A stretch of 63,430 nt of DNA, counting the filler, from Rhabdomonas costata (lineage: Eukaryota): assembly GCA_019059605.1 (NCBI GenBank). It is 38 parts of 38 records of this genome, joined end to end, with 100 filler letters (N's around TTAATTAATTAA, not from the genome) between each part and the next. Parts side by side here need not be neighbours in the genome. Positions count along the whole stretch, not along the records: positions 11,716 to 13,288 come from JAHMHO010012792.1; positions 13,389 to 14,961 come from JAHMHO010012793.1; positions 15,062 to 16,633 come from JAHMHO010012794.1; positions 16,734 to 18,305 come from JAHMHO010012795.1; positions 18,406 to 19,977 come from JAHMHO010012796.1; positions 20,078 to 21,649 come from JAHMHO010012797.1; positions 21,750 to 23,322 come from JAHMHO010012798.1; positions 23,423 to 24,994 come from JAHMHO010012799.1; 30 more parts are not named here. One strand, 5' to 3'. Under the pieces are notes generated by a model. It was given only the letters and a program-made list of their open reading frames with translations. It searched no databases and was not told where the DNA came from. This document shows, one piece after another, positions 11,616 through 24,641 of this stretch. The first letter of the stretch is position 1, and each line of letters opens with the position of its first letter. The translations under genes and the position numbers were made by a program.

Positions 11616-13393
11616 NNNNNNNNNNNNNNNNNNNNNNNNNNNNNNNNNNNNNNNNNNNNTTAATTAATTAANNNNNNNNNNNNNNNNNNNNNNNNNNNNN
11701 NNNNNNNNNNNNNNNCCCCCACACACACACGCCACCCTAAAATGTGGCCTGATCGATAAAATATTCTTCCTTCGCTCGTTCCTTGCTTTGGAGTTGGCGG
11801 TGAAAGCTGTCTTCCGGATTCGTATCCAAGCCTTTGTTAAATCGCGTGTGAGGTCCAAGGGCTGTGGGATGCTCCTGTACCTCGCCTCCCAGCGGTTGGG
11901 ACTGCTTTGTGGTGCAGGGCAGTTGCCACCGGGGTGTTAGTATTGCGGTTGCGTCGCACATGGGACACTGTGACGTGCCTTCTTGGTGTGGATGTGAATG
12001 TGTGTGCGTGCACGTGTGACCCCTCCGATCTGGTTCTAGCTTCTGCCCAATTTGCTCGTATGTGTGTGAGGGTATGCATCGTGCTGATGATCGTGTGCAG
12101 GTTTAGAAGGAACCTTGGGAAGAGTTTTTAAATTCCCTTGGCGGTTACGGCCCAGACTTGCAAAGTCGTGCCGGGTGTGTGCTCCCTTCTTTCATGAGCT
12201 GATTTTTTTTTTGCGGTTTTTCCCCCATCCCCTTTCGTTCCTCTAACGGTCGCATTTCATTGGAATGAGACTTTAGCATATGTTTTTCCCAGATGCTATG
12301 TACGCTTTTATATTGCGATCAGCATCCAAAATTGTATTGTCAGAAGCACGCTGTCCCCCTTTCTTGATTTCCTTCTAAATATGGGCTGAAGAACACCCCA
12401 TTTGAACGTGACCCCGTTTTGTTTGTATCTTGCCCAAAGCCTGCGGGGAGACAGAGCGCTGTTTTTTGTGAGAAGATTACCTGAAAGTTTGTGTTGGGAT
12501 GCCACTGGTGAATCGCAGCGGCGGTGCAGTGCGTGTGCAGCTGGCAACGTGGATTTCACGGGAGAAAGTGTCTGTCGAAAAATCAAACAACAACGACCGA
12601 AAAATGGGAACCCCTTGCATTCGAATTTGCGACCCACTGAAAAAGAACAGTTCTTTAAACTATAGGTCCTAGACCGACCTTTGGTTGACTATACCACCCC
12701 CTTCCTGCTGGTAATCCGGGCTCCAGTACTTTTGGCCTGCCCTCTTATTTCTCTCGCTCGCTCGCTGGTGGGTGAATTCAGGTGAGCAGGCAGCAAATTT
12801 CGCATTTGAACTAGGTTTAAATATGTTCTTTCAGTGGTGCTCGAGGATCATTGTGAGAAGTTGCATCCTGGATAGCCCCCAGCAGGAGTGGCTTGAGGTG
12901 TAGAGGCTTGGCTTGGTGGAGAGGCTCCGCTGAGCATCGCGGTCTACGATATCCTTTGATCGGCAAGCGGCAAGCGTGAATCACATACATCCCCTGCAAA
13001 GGCCCTTATCGGCTTACTTCAGTCGGAGGATGCGCCAGGAAACGTGATCCATTTTCAAGGGGGGCGGGGATACACTAGGGCAAGTGTTTGCCATGGTTTT
13101 GGTGAGGATGGATTTGCAGCCACCCGACTCTAATGTCTCATGTCCACCCCATACACCCATACTGCCGGAAGAGCCCGCAATGCAACCACAGAGTGATGTG
13201 CTGGCGCTCCTACAGATACCGGTGCTGCTCGTTCACACATCAGAAGGAAAAGCTCAAAGGGTCGTTCCCGCGTCCCACCCCACCACAANNNNNNNNNNNN
13301 NNNNNNNNNNNNNNNNNNNNNNNNNNNNNNNNTTAATTAATTAANNNNNNNNNNNNNNNNNNNNNNNNNNNNNNNNNNNNNNNNNNNNTTTGT

Positions 13394-13795
13394 ACGTATA
13401 ACGGCGTTATACGCACGCTAAAAATTCTGGTGCGTTTCCCCTGTGTTTTCCAGGTTGCGCACCGCGGCCCAAGACATCCTGGGCGAAACACGTGTCCCCG
13501 GAGGTTATTTGTTCTCGCAGGGGGTTAGGTTTACGATAGGCGTGTCCCCTGATTGAGTTTCTTTCTCTCACAGGGGATGCACGTGTTCCCTGGGAGAGAA
13601 CTCGTCTCGCAGGGGGTTAGGATTGCGATGCAAGTGTTCACTTTTTTCTTATCTTGCAGGGGTTTAGGTTAGTTGGCCATACATGTGTCCCTGGGACTTT
13701 TCAGAGCTTATATACGTTATAACGGCGTTATGCGTACATCACCGTTATGCACGTATAACGGCGTTATACGCGTCATACGGAATACCCCCCCCCCG
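13394..13795. repeat. Repeat module bounded by the palindrome CGTATAAC-GGC-GTTATACG, with internal ctcgcagggggttagg subrepeats
   Basis: The palindrome occurs at 13395-13413 and 13752-13770, with a variant at about 13718-13734. Subrepeats lie at 13514, 13606 and about 13653. Confidence 0.8.
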
Positions 13796-16700
13796 CAATC
13801 CTTCACTGTGCCCTTATTTTTTGTTGATTTTGTTTACCTTGGAACGTGAGCTTTGCAACGAACCAAATGACAGAAAGCGGCAATTTCGAGATTTGCACCT
13901 TCAGCAAGTCAGACAGCGTCTGGTGGGTGGAACTGTGCCTGAGCCCGAGATACAAACCTCTCGCAGCCCAAATGACTCCTCAATGGTCGGACATTCTGCC
14001 GCACTGCGGGACCCCTGTCCCTGTCTTTTCGTGCACGCCTTGGCCGCCCGGCTTCACTTGACGGCACTTGACAGGTCCGCGTGCAAACAGCAGACAGCAA
14101 ACAACGCTGCGAATTCTGCAACTCCGTCTCAGGAGCAGCCGTGAGCCTCTTTTCCAACTGCGACGATGAGGACCACTATAAGCCCAAGGACGAAACTCTT
14201 AGGTGCAGTGCTAGCTTCAATCATGCCAGGTTTGGGGACGGACCGGGAAGATCAGAGCAAATGTTCGATGCGCCCAGTTTAATCCAATGTTTGAATATCC
14301 ATTTTTTTCGCATCTCCTTGATCCATCTACTTCACGAAAATTTCCTGTGCTGCTTATTGTTGGTACTATCCATGATTAATGCCTTTCGGCTGCAGCCGGA
14401 CCCCCGAAGACGAAGCACACTGCGTCTCCTTCGTCCTCAGTAACTCAAGTGCAGGACGCGACCCCCTCAGGTCAGCTCACAGCCGCAGCTCTGTCTTCAG
14501 TTGTGGATCCTGTGCCTTGTGCAGCTCCCACAGTTGGACGTGCTGAGGCAGCTTCGAAAAGGTTCCACCTGGACGATTCAATTTCCCAGACTTCTTGGTC
14601 AGTTACACGTAAAGGCACCACCTGCTGGCCAACCTGTGCCGGAATCGGCACCTAAACCACCGAATGTCTCGACACATAATCTCATGACCCTTCTGTCTCA
14701 ACCCGCTGTATCCTAGCGCAGCGATGTACTCGGCGGCAAAAAGCAACTTGCCCTCTGCGGAACCAAGAACCTTACCAAAAAACCTCCAAAAACCTCCCTG
14801 GACCTCAGGAACCCCTCATCTCGAGCCCTTCACTCAACATGAACACCCTTACCATCCACTTGTAAATACTTGGTGTGCAATTTTATTTAAAATGCATACA
14901 TTGTAAAAGTAAAAGAGCACGTGTCAACAACATTTTCACTAGGATTTCAAATCCTACACCANNNNNNNNNNNNNNNNNNNNNNNNNNNNNNNNNNNNNNN
15001 NNNNNTTAATTAATTAANNNNNNNNNNNNNNNNNNNNNNNNNNNNNNNNNNNNNNNNNNNNGTGGTTGGGTGGTTGTGTGTGCAAGTGTGTGGAGTGTTC
15101 GTATCGGTGCACTGAAGGCTCCTTCATGCAGACGTGGTGGCCGAATTTCAGAAATCTGATCCTAGGGGAACTCAGTGCATGGCGTGAGGTATAACATAGA
15201 GCACAAATGGCAACTCTCATTTTTCACTTTTCACTTGCAAAACGCAAAGCCCAAGCTCGGAACATGCACCTCGGCTCGTGAGCAATCGCCGCCGCAGCTT
15301 TTCCTCAAACGCAGCGAGCTCGAACTCCTGTGTGCAGGATGACCAACCCACCCCGATGGATTCAATTATCAGCCGAGGAAACATCTGCTACATTTCCGAT
15401 TTGACCACTGTCCGAAAACTTTCCGGCCATGCATGGTTTGGGTTTGTTTGGGTTTCAATATTACATCAAGAAATCGAAGACAAAACATACCAATGATATT
15501 TCGACGGTGCCGTGAGCTGACGCAACATGCAAGTACACCCACGCGCATGATATGACACAAGTCGGCGGTGAGAAGGCAAAAATGGCAACCAAGCTCAACT
15601 CCAAGCGATGCAAACGTCAGCTGTTGCAGGAGGGTAAACTCATGAAAATCAAAATGAAAACATGAACATTTGAAGGGTGTCTGAAAAGGCCACTGATCAT
15701 GCAGACGTTTTTAACTGAGTCAAGTGTGCTGCTTTTCGCGCATATCACACATATCAAGACAGGCATCCTTGGGTTTTGTGGGAAGAAGGGAAATAGAGAC
15801 ATTGGGAAAAGAACACTTCAGCGATGAGAACAAGGGAAACAGGGACCAAAAAACAAAAATTGCCTTTTACTGATACTTTCGACAATCTTAATATCTATAC
15901 CTGTGCGGTGTAACTCCAGTGGCATCTTGGTACCAAAAGCTCCGGGAAGCACAGCCGAACCTGGCCTGTGGTCTTTTGCATATCCCACAGGCTCTTCCAA
16001 AATCACCCGTCCGGTCCTCAGAGTCGGGGGTTTCCTGGCCTTTCACCTTCGGCAATGCCGTCCCTGGGTGGCACATTATTTCTTCCGTCGCATCTTACCA
16101 CATGCATTTTGATCAATAACTTTTGCCTCTCAATTCTGTGGTGGGAGAGAAAACACACGAGAAAGCATAATCTGGCTCAACCCGTAAACTTGCTCTAACG
16201 CCAAGCTCTCCTGCATAAGCGTACCTTTTGCTCCTGCGAGCTGCCTCTCTTCCTGGAGGAATATGGAGGTCTGGCGGACCGAGCCGTGGTGACCACAACT
16301 GGGGGCACGACTCCCAGTGCCTCGGCAACTTCGGCTGGAGAGTAGTACCGTTGTGTACGCAAGGGAAGGGTCATCAGCATAATCTCGTCCAGCGATTCTC
16401 CACTCCGAACAAATCCACCCCGGGGCTTCAGCTGGCGGGCGTAAGCCTGGAAAAATATATACCAGTAAACACCACCAGTGTACATGTCATTTCGTCCCGC
16501 ACGCCGAATTATTAACATTTCAAAAAAAACCTTTTCTTCTTTTTTCTAATTCAGGGCTTACTTTCTTTTGAATGCTCGCTTAGCCACCTTTTATGGAGAA
16601 CACAACAACAACAATTCGAATGGACCACCAAAANNNNNNNNNNNNNNNNNNNNNNNNNNNNNNNNNNNNNNNNNNNNTTAATTAATTAANNNNNNNNNNN

Positions 16701-16985
16701 NNNNNNNNNNNNNNNNNNNNNNNNNNNNNNNNNGGTTTTTGTTCGTGTGCATCGAACCTTCACGGACGGGTCGATGTGGTCCATCCTGTCAATGCGAATT
16801 CTGAATCTTGAATGTAAGAGAGAAATAACATCATCTCCCATTTGATTCGCGATGAACCGCTCATTCGGCACTCATTGGCCTCACGACTCTTTTCATCCCC
16901 GACCACTTTTTCGTCTGTTTTCTCTTTCATCCAGCTTCTACGTGCTCTTTCCCCCTCTGCTGTTAAATCTTTCGGCTTCCCTCCG

Positions 16986-18031
16986 ATGGCCTGCGCGCCG
17001 CCTCTTCTGGTGGAGCAGCTCGCCTATGATGTCATAGTGTTGGGCACGGGTCTGGGAGAGTCTATCATTGCCGGGGCTCTTTCTCGGGCGGGCCGCCAAG
17101 TGCTTCACTTGGAGGCACTGCCGAAGTACGCTGCATAGAAAGGGGTTGCTAAGGAGACTTCCTGGTGCCACGCGCTAGCTTTGTTGTTTGGATCATAAAT
17201 CGAACCAGGGCACCAATGGCGGTAACTTTTTTGGTTTCACTTTTTGTGGGTTTTCTCCCCGATTTCCGGACAGTGCTAGTTTTGTGGAAATGCGTTCCTT
17301 GTCCAGAATTCCTGCCAACTTATTTTGTGACTTGCTTTTTGCTGTGGACGCTGTCGATGTAACGTACTCCCCCACACTAGACTGGAAGAGACAACGAGTA
17401 AGAGTCGTTGCTTCTTCTGTCTTCTACTTCTCACTCTTAGCTACGGAGGACTGCAATGGTCCACGTTGGCGCTGAGCGAGTTTGAAGAGTGGGTGAAAGG
17501 CCGAGGGGTGAGCTCAGTCCTGAGGTTTACGAATGTCGGTGTCGTGTGTGGATTTCGATATTTGGGTATGTGAACATAAGGTGTTGTCTTTTTCAATTCC
17601 TTGGATGTGCTTTTACCACCAGGAGGACAGTGGGGTTCATGCATGTTGCATTATTGAGTAATTTTGTATAGAATGCCGAAATGCGCGTTGGATTTCTTTA
17701 GATTTTGTTGTGTATAGATTGTGCAATTGTGCATTCGAGTTTGGTGTTGATTAATCAGTGGTAGCGTTGCCAGAAGACGTTTTATCTTTTTAGGACCAGG
17801 GATTGCTCAAGGCAGTATTCGAGCTCCAGAAAGTGAAGACGCCGCGTTCTTTTTATTTTGCGTGTGCGTTCCGATGTGTATCTGCTTCAAGCACATCGGA
17901 TCGCTTGCTTGTGCGTTTGTGTCTGACTTAGAAATTGTCACATTGTGTTCACAGAGTCCCTGATCTGAGTCACCTGGGCAGAGATAGAGACTTCGCGATT
18001 GATGTGGTTGCCGTCCCTGTGATGAGCTCCG
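16986..18031 (+). CDS. Rab escort protein (REP/CHM, GDI superfamily), 5' exons 16986-17125, 17441-17507 and about 17955-18031
   Basis: MACAPPLLVEQLAYDVIVLGTGLGESIIAGALSRAGRQVLHLEALPN|YGGLQWSTL... and RDFAIDVVAVPVMSSG match GDI/REP conserved regions. The Trp after YGG favours REP. Intron 17126-17440 is GT-AG and in phase; the later junctions are unresolved. Confidence 0.85.
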
Positions 18032-19224
18032 GTGTGTTTCAGCGTGCGGCAGGGGGTGCTGAAAGCTGTCAGTGTCATTCGGTTGCTATGATCGGGAAAG
18101 AGAGGACGGCGCCCGCCCTTGAAACCCAAACGCACCCCTATGCCCTATGCCAAGGCAATTCGCATGAGGTATGTTTTCACACATGACACGATTTATTCCC
18201 ACATCGCATTTCTCCAGGGCCCGAGGGCTTCGCACCCTTGCCGTCAACGATAGTTTGCGCCACGCAAGCCAGCAGACACCAACACATAAACAAACACAAC
18301 ACAAANNNNNNNNNNNNNNNNNNNNNNNNNNNNNNNNNNNNNNNNNNNNTTAATTAATTAANNNNNNNNNNNNNNNNNNNNNNNNNNNNNNNNNNNNNNN
18401 NNNNNGGTTGGGTGTAGAAAGGCAACCGTACATAGCGAGGGACGCACCAGTAACGGGAACGTTCAAAAGCTGAAAGGAAAGCGAAGGAGAGCGGAGGCGC
18501 GAAGGCTCACCCAATTTGCCACGACTCCGTGACCGGGGCGCAGTTCGTCAACCCGGCCGTGAAGTACCGCAGGCGCAACCCCGCGGAAGCCAAGGGGTCC
18601 TCCCCTGTGATGAAAACCGGGCACGCCGAAATGGGAATGAGTGACACAAAACGTACCCATCAACAATTGCGTACCCTTTGCAATTCGAGCCATGCTTTCA
18701 CCTTCAGCCGACGCCATGCAGGAATTTCCTGAAAGCCCGCCTCCCAGTGGTGGGTTTGTGCAGCAATACACGAGATCAGGAAACTTTGTCACGGTTAAAT
18801 GAAAGCAAGGGCTCAAAGTCGCACGGAACAGGAACCCACTAAAATGTGGCGAGCTTTTGCTCTGCAGCGCGGACTACCTTGGTACAGCCTTCCCCAAAAC
18901 ATTCCGGGAGTCCCTGTCTCGCACCGGAAGTTCACGGGTTCATCACAGTGGGCTGCGGAACAAAGCTTTTCACCAAAACTTCGTCAAAAAGACGATTACA
19001 CCGCTTTGGACCCGCGCCCTCCTACCCACAGTACCGATGGGAGTACCGGTGGGAGTAAGAACAGCCTAAACCAACAACCACCGCACCCAGACGAAGTCCT
19101 CCCAAGCCACCATTGGCTCATTCACGTTCATTCTTTACTTTCTCAAACAACCTGACAACCAACCCACCGATGCTTGGCTACGTAGGCTGCAGAAGCGAGT
19201 GCCTCAAAAAGAGTGAGGTTTGTG

Positions 19225-19977
19225 TCAGGGGATGCCCGTTTCAAACAAATGGGAAAGGAGCGAAGGCATGCCTTCACAGTCGAACGAGCCCATAAAGCTG
19301 GGCAGGAAGGGCAGCGGGCACACAAGGGGGTTGGCCATCAGGTTAAGCGCAAGGTTCGCAGCTTTCACGAGACTCCGGGACAGCACCAGCCGCGTGAACC
19401 CACAGAAGGAGAGGTCCACAGAAGAAAGCTGCTGCGTATCCAGGGTAACACTGAAGTCCAGGGTGCCGTCCAACCAGTTGTGGGCGCCCGACAGTTTGGT
19501 CAAAGAGCTGGGCAGCCCCCGGAGGTCCAAGCCCCCGGAGAAACTGTTCGAGTCAAGGAGGAGCGAGCGCAAGTTCCGAGGTAGTGCCGCCATGTCCACC
19601 GACCCGTACAGCAGGTTGTTGCCGAGGTTTAGAGTTTGCAGGGCACGAGGAAGGGTTGCCCATGCCACCCTCGCCCTGAGTTCGTTCTGCATCAAAGAGA
19701 GAAATCGAAGCTCCTGGGGAAGGTCCGAGAAGTTCAGCAGTACCATCGGGCTATGCAAGCTATTCGAGCTGAGGTCAAGGTAGGTGAGGTTGGTGGGCAA
19801 CCCAGAAAGGTTCAGTGCTCCATACAGAGCGCAGTCCGAGAGCTGCAGAATCTCTAGAGCAGCGGGGAAATAAGCGAAGTTGGGCGGTCGCTCCGAGGGG
19901 TTTTGACTTAGATCCAGATACACCAGGTTCAACCCCACAGCGCGGGGGCCAACGACCCAGGAGAGCATGTTCTGGTG
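19225..19977 (-). CDS. Leucine-rich-repeat protein (extracellular-type LxxLxLxxNxLxG repeats), partial
   Basis: About 8 repeats such as LTYLDLSSNSLHS, LQTLNLGNNLLYGSV and LRSLLLDSNSFSGGL, followed by an NPLVCPLP cap. Confidence 0.92.
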   Translation of the reverse strand, partial: HQNMLSWVVGPRAVGLNLVYLDLSQNPSERPPNFAYFPAALEILQLSDCALYGALNLSGLPTNLTYLDLSSNSLHSPMVLLNFSDLPQELRFLSLMQNELRARVAWATLPRALQTLNLGNNLLYGSVDMAALPRNLRSLLLDSNSFSGGLDLRGLPSSLTKLSGAHNWLDGTLDFSVTLDTQQLSSVDLSFCGFTRLVLSRSLVKAANLALNLMANPLVCPLPFLPSFMGSFDCEGMPSLLSHLFETGIP

Positions 19978-22900
19978 NNNNNNNNNNNNNNNNNNNNNNN
20001 NNNNNNNNNNNNNNNNNNNNNTTAATTAATTAANNNNNNNNNNNNNNNNNNNNNNNNNNNNNNNNNNNNNNNNNNNNAAGACAGTGGTAGTGGATATAAC
20101 GGGTGTGGGGATGGCAGCTGGCGTGGACCAGGGATAGGGCCCACGGGAATTCTGTCCTTTCTCTCGAACAACAACCCATTCTGCAGAGCACTAGGTCAGT
20201 GTACCCCGCCATTGGCGGAGCTGCTCACTCCGCTTGGATACCAACAAAAGCCGTTGTACAGGGTCCAGTCGGGTTATTAGCTGCTTCGGCTGCTTTTCCG
20301 TTCCTCCCTTCTGGCAGTAATGCATAAAAAGCACGAGTAAAAACAAAACTAAAAGAAAAGCACCGTGAAAGTGCCTACCAGCCACTCTTGTTGACAGCCT
20401 TGGGCTACTTCGCGGTAGAAATCAGTGGGCGGGAAGACACAGTGAAGAAGTGTCTTCCGCCTGACACCTGACAGTGATGGTCGGCTCGCCGTGGCAAAGC
20501 CGCATGAAGAATGACCTTTTGCCCACTGTGGCAACATCCCCCGAAAGGTGGTGCGAGCGCAGTGCTTGGCTCCAGGAGAGGAAAACGGACGGGAAGCCAA
20601 CGCGAGAAAGGGTGAGAAGAAAGGCAAGCGAGGAGCTTGGCGAACAAGGGGCACTGGAGCAGGGACGGCGGAAGAAAAACAGGGCTGGTGTGTAAGACGA
20701 GTGAGAAAAGGGGGAGCTTGGACCGACAGAAAGATACGCGCACACACAGATACGAAAAAAAACCGGCAGAAATGAGGTGTTTCCTCTGAATCAACCATCG
20801 AACCCACCGGGTAAGGATCCCCATCACTCTGGTCAAGCACGGAACAACACGGGCGAAAGCTTTCTGTGCACGCTCCTTTCAAAAAGGAGAAAGTGCGATC
20901 ATCACGAAGAGAGGGAGATGGATTTGCACTACCTCCGACCTCTTTCTACCCTTTCCCTTTCCCTATCGTTCGAAGTACTGTCCGCGTCACCTCAAAAAGT
21001 CATAACCGAAAAAAGTGACCTCTAAATCAGGCATTGTCGGGCTAAAAACGGGCGAAAAACTGATTTTTGACCTAGAGGTTTGGCCTGTTCTTTGTGTGTC
21101 GTGTCTACCCCTTCCTCTAACTTTGAGATGACGCGGGCCATACCATAGCACTCTTCACCTTGCCAGCTTCACCTACGGCCGAGAAGTTCCCATAAGTCTT
21201 CTGTCTTGAGACTCACTCGCCCCCCCCCCAAAGCGACCATCAGTCAAGAAAAGGAACATGGGAAAAGGAGGAAGGCACAAGCGCAGTTCCTTTCCAGCGG
21301 ACCCTTTCACCTCCAAAAATGCAGCCCCCCGTCCCAACCCCACACAGCAAATAAGCGCCATCTGCTCACTGCTGATATGCTTGAGAAAGTCCTTATTCCG
21401 TGAAGGAAGGGTGACAAAGGGTTTTTATTGTCCATTCCCGCTCACATCCCATCCAGCCTCTGAATCTCTCCGCTCCGTAGTACAATAGACGGCAGGTATT
21501 CGTGCGAGGGAAGAGTGAGTGCACATACATGCATGGGGTAGGTATTCTGAAGGGCGGTCACACGGAAACCGACCGCGGCTGTCATGTTAACCCCCCCCCC
21601 AACACCACCAAGACTCAACCACACTGCTGCAATCTCCTGACCCCCAACANNNNNNNNNNNNNNNNNNNNNNNNNNNNNNNNNNNNNNNNNNNNTTAATTA
21701 ATTAANNNNNNNNNNNNNNNNNNNNNNNNNNNNNNNNNNNNNNNNNNNNGGTTGGTGGGCTTCGCTGGCGGTTGGCATAGCGAAAAGTCTGTCGTGCTGA
21801 TGCTGTGAAGCCGCCAATGGCGGAGATGGCGCCGAGAGGACTATTATTATAGTTTCCTCCGCACAGTAGTGTGTGCCTTTGTCGATGATCTGTTTCTGCA
21901 CATCACCATCTCTGATCTCCTTTGTTTTCCTAACCTTGCTGACTGCAGTGCACAACCCGGAAAGTGTTGTTTCTCCTGTGCAGGTTGCTTTTTGCAAATT
22001 GCCTGTTGAGGCAGTTGTGTGTTTTGTCACCGCAAAAAGGCAGTTTCACTTAGGTGTGCGTGTGTATGTGCGTGTGCGTGGCTGCTCCCCGTGTGTGCGT
22101 GTGGATGGGCACGGCGCACATCCTCACCCCAATGCCCGCCGTGTCGTCCAGCACGAACAGCAGCATCGTGAACGCGCCAAAAAAAAAACAGGTTTGCAAA
22201 ACAAACAGAACAAGGTCTCACCACAGCACACCGCGCCAAGGCGCTATGCGTGTGTAAGTTCGGTGCATTGCGCGCTGGCTGTTGCCTGGTTGTCTGGTTG
22301 CTTGGTTCTTGGTGACCACTGCGGACTGACGGGCGCACGTGCTGTTGGCCGCGGGTGCTCGCAGGAGTTGCCGTTGGAGCGAACGGTGCCGTGAGGAACC
22401 GTAACCGGCGCACCGCCGAACGTTCCACATATGGTAAACTCCCTTCTGCCGCACGGGTCCTGGGCCATTGTCGCGTAGCTGCTCTTTTCCAGCGGCTACC
22501 TGTGTGTTTGTGTGTGTGCGAATCACGTTAAGAGCGAGAAACTCGGCGTGCATTTACCGGGAAATGGAGAAAGCAAATCCCGGTTCCTCAGTGGCACACT
22601 AAACGGCGGTTCTTGGAGCTCCAACCCTCTGCGCTCGCCCAGTCTGCTGAGAGCTCAATGGCCTCTCTTCAACTTTTCTTCTGCCTGGGATCCTCAGGTC
22701 ATCTTCTTCACACCACAGACAGCCCCAATCGTGGCGCTGTCCCTGGCTCTCGTCGCCAGGGAACGGGACTTCAGGACCTTTTTAGGACCATATCCGCTCT
22801 CTACAGCTTTCGCAGATAACGTTAGGCTTCGCGTGTTTCTTGGGCTCCAGCTGTTCCTCGAGGGCGAGGGCTGGCCTCAGCTGATTCCTTGTACTTCTCC

Positions 22901-23953
22901 TTGTCCGCTGGCTTCCCGCTCTTCCCCTCATTCCCATCTTCCGCTTGTCACCGGCTCTCCATTCTTCCAGGGGCTCGACGGCCTCTCTTGTAACCTCCGT
23001 TTCTGCCTGGAACCCAGCTTCTTCTGACCACCGTGTAGTACCGTGGCGTGGTCCCCACGCTCTCCGCGGGCGCACCACACCATGGGGTCTTGTTGGATTC
23101 TTTCCTGCGCCTTTTATGGCTGCAGCAGGACTCATCAGGCTTCTGCGACATGGAGATCGCCAATTTATGCTTTGTTGACTTGGGTCACTGAGTGTTCTGC
23201 CGGTCATCTCGTTGTTTTGCTTCCGCAGACTTCCAGGGAGTCGCGCTGGAGCATCTTTATCACCTCGAGGTGCTTCTGGGCACTGCAGTTCTTCCTCTTT
23301 GCGCTGGCTCGGCGTACCCATTNNNNNNNNNNNNNNNNNNNNNNNNNNNNNNNNNNNNNNNNNNNNTTAATTAATTAANNNNNNNNNNNNNNNNNNNNNN
23401 NNNNNNNNNNNNNNNNNNNNNNTGCGTTGGGCGTGTTTGGTTGTGGTGGTGCTGGCGATGAGTTGCGCAAAATTCGGGAAAAGTTTGTATGGGGGGGGGG
23501 CATTCGAACGGCTTCGCATCACGGTTTCTTGATCATCCGAGTTGACACGTCTCAAAAATTATGGCACTGATTTGACGGGTAATCAAGCTTCCGATCTGAT
23601 CACTTTGGCTGTGGGATTTTGCAATGCCTAGTGCTTCCGCAGCTGAAGGAGCGAAGGCAGAACGATGCGTTGGAACCGATTCCACACATACAAACCGCAA
23701 CCCATGACACTACCAAAGAAAACAATAGTCCATGTGGGTACGGCTATCCACACGACCGAGTCCCACGGAAGGCAGAGGAAGGAAAAGGAATCCACCAGCA
23801 CATCAGCACATGGCGAACAGCGGCATACAGACCGGTCATGGGCTGAGCTGTGAATGATGTGAAGCCTCACGTGGACGTGGAAGGCAAGAATCTCCGCATC
23901 AGAATGAAACAGTTGGATGTCGTGTCTTATATAGGGGAGGGGTCCGGAGGCAC

Positions 23954-24641
23954 CGCTGTGGATACGGGGTCGTGGTGGCCGTACAACTGGCTGAGGAACA
24001 GCGGGTGCATGGTGTTCACGGAGTACCGCAACACGGCCTGCGTGGCGGCGAGCAGGGCCTCGGGCTCATGAGGGGTAACCTCATCCGGCAGCTCCATGGG
24101 CACACCTGAATGGAAAACAGCAATCAGGCTGAAAAAAATTTAAAGTAAAAGAAAGCAATTAATTATCTCGTACAAGGGATAAATACAAAGGAGTGAATTC
24201 TACTAAATTTGAAGCTGCCAAACTTTTTTCGAAGCCAGTCGGTTCGCAACAGTCTGGAACAACAGTCCAAAACTGTAGTAGGTGACGTTGCGATCAGAAG
24301 CCATTTGACCCTATCCGTTCGCCGCTGTCTGGAATTATTCCCGCAAGGTTTAGGCCGAGAACTGAGTTCTGTTTATACCGTGGAGCCTAAGTTAGAGGGA
24401 CCCAGCAGAGGAGGACGCGAGGCAACCTACCCTATGTATGTACCCCCTCATTCACGGTAAAAAAATAATATGCAAATACGCAAAGGAAAAAGTTGGGTGA
24501 AAACTTGGAGACTACTCCACTCCCAACCAACACACCAAGCTTTCCGAAGATCTGCGTGAGTTCCTCGGCGCTGGCCTCGTGAACTACGGGGGAGGAGGGA
24601 TCCGTCGCCTTGTCAATGTACTCCAGCAGCAACTGGCAGAC
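23954..24641 (-). CDS. Group II PLP-dependent decarboxylase (GAD/CSAD/GADL1-like), exons 24641-24536 and 24105-23954
   Basis: The spliced product VCQLLLEYIDKATDPSSPVVHEASAEELTQIFGKLG|VPMELPDE...LLAATQAVLRYSVNTMHPLFLSQLYG matches the GAD/CSAD 'Y.V.T.HP.FFNQL' region. The GT-AG junction is phase-compatible. Confidence 0.85.
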
